In this document: in pieces, positions 63,101-64,000 of the stretch
How positions within the stretch are numbered: position 1 is the stretch's first letter
How the letters are laid out: every line of letters starts with the position of its first letter
Assembly: GCF_009834535.1 (NCBI RefSeq)
Contig: NC_045713.1
Coordinates: 22,754,001 to 22,818,000 of the forward strand
DNA length: 64,000 nucleotides
From: Camelus ferus
Lineage: Eukaryota
Reading direction: 5' to 3'
Made by a program: the position numbers and the translations under genes
Notes under the pieces: model-generated
Database searches by the model: none
What the model was told of the DNA's origin: nothing
The model's input: the letters and a program-made list of their open reading frames with translations, nothing else

Positions 63101-64000
63101 TGATTCCTCTCCTAATATTCCTTTCTGGTGCTTGTCCTCAAAAGCCTCCTGGGCAGGTTGGTACACATAGAGGCAAGAAAGTGATGAAATGTATGCGAAG
63201 ATAGATGAAACAAGCTGAAGGCCATGGAAAGAACACTTTGGTCACCAGGGGACAGGAACCCATTCAGTCTCAAGTCAAAGGGGTTTGCTGAAAGGAGACA
63301 AGTGCATCTTACAGCAGGTCTCCTGGGCCTGGAGCTGGGTGGGAAGCCAGCAGGATTGTACAGCCAGCCTCAAGCCCCTTCTCAGAGGCTGTCATCCCTG
63401 CTTCTCTCCGCCCAGCCACTTCATTCTCTTCTTGTTATAGATTGGCTTCCTCTCCTCACTCCATCCATTCCCAGCCTTCGATGGTTTCTCCTGAGTCTGC
63501 AGGACCTTGTAGCTTAGCTTCTGACAGCTTACTGGCTCAATCTCTTAATGTACTAATTCCAAAATCCTAGAAGGAAGAATCTGATTCATCCCTATTTGAA
63601 CAGTTTTCTAACCTTAGTCCAATCAACTGTGAATGATGGTTCTGCCTCTACCAGGGATTGGACAGGGCAAATTCTCTAAGAGGTGTGGTTGGGGAGATAA
63701 TATCCGGTATCTCCAATATGTTGGACTGTATGCAAATTCTTTTAGGGGATGAAGAACAAACCAGGTCGGAAATAGATCAAGAAGGACTATCCTCTCTTTC
63801 GCTCACGTTCACGCAGTAATTCTTACCTGAGGGCTCACGAACTGTGGAACAATGGTGTACAGTGCAGCAATTCTTTAACTCGAGCACTTTATGTATATGG
63901 TGTCCTTTAATGGGAAAATTTTTCTCATGGAGCCTCAGTGTTGGCTTAAATTATTTTGTATTAATGTTAAATTAATATTATTTAAGCAGTACAAACATAA

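Noticed and set aside
1-64000. Prokaryotic-type systems (CRISPR arrays, operons), tRNA/rRNA/snRNA genes, retrogenes
   Set aside because: I saw no repeat-spacer array, no structural RNA consensus and no intronless homolog; the sequence is typical mammalian non-coding DNA.

Overview
Eutherian mammalian genomic DNA, non-coding as far as I can tell (gene desert or large intron). I found no convincing protein-coding exon, RNA gene or CpG island. The supplied ORFs are short, run through repeats or N runs, and match no protein I recognise. Much of the window is recognisable interspersed repeat: MIR and L2 fragments, MLT1/MLT2/LTR16 LTRs, old L1M fragments, MER5/MER20/MER58-type DNA transposons and simple repeats. 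Several lineage-specific L1 3' ends and the apparent absence of Alu, Bov-tA/BovB, PRE-1, SINEC or ERE SINEs suggest a camelid-like cetartiodactyl (inference). Six N runs of 129-166 bp are present. The most notable items are a Mutator-like (MULE) transposon relic with long TIRs, a decayed FLYWCH domain and a transposase C-terminal motif (23863-24647); a two-LTR MaLR provirus with nested insertions; a twin-primed L1; a 42-bp local duplication inside a young L1; candidate micro-exons; and repeat-free, homeobox-motif-rich blocks. I cannot support a claim of a new biological system. Repeat subfamily names are from recalled consensus similarity, not a database search, and boundaries without TSDs are approximate.
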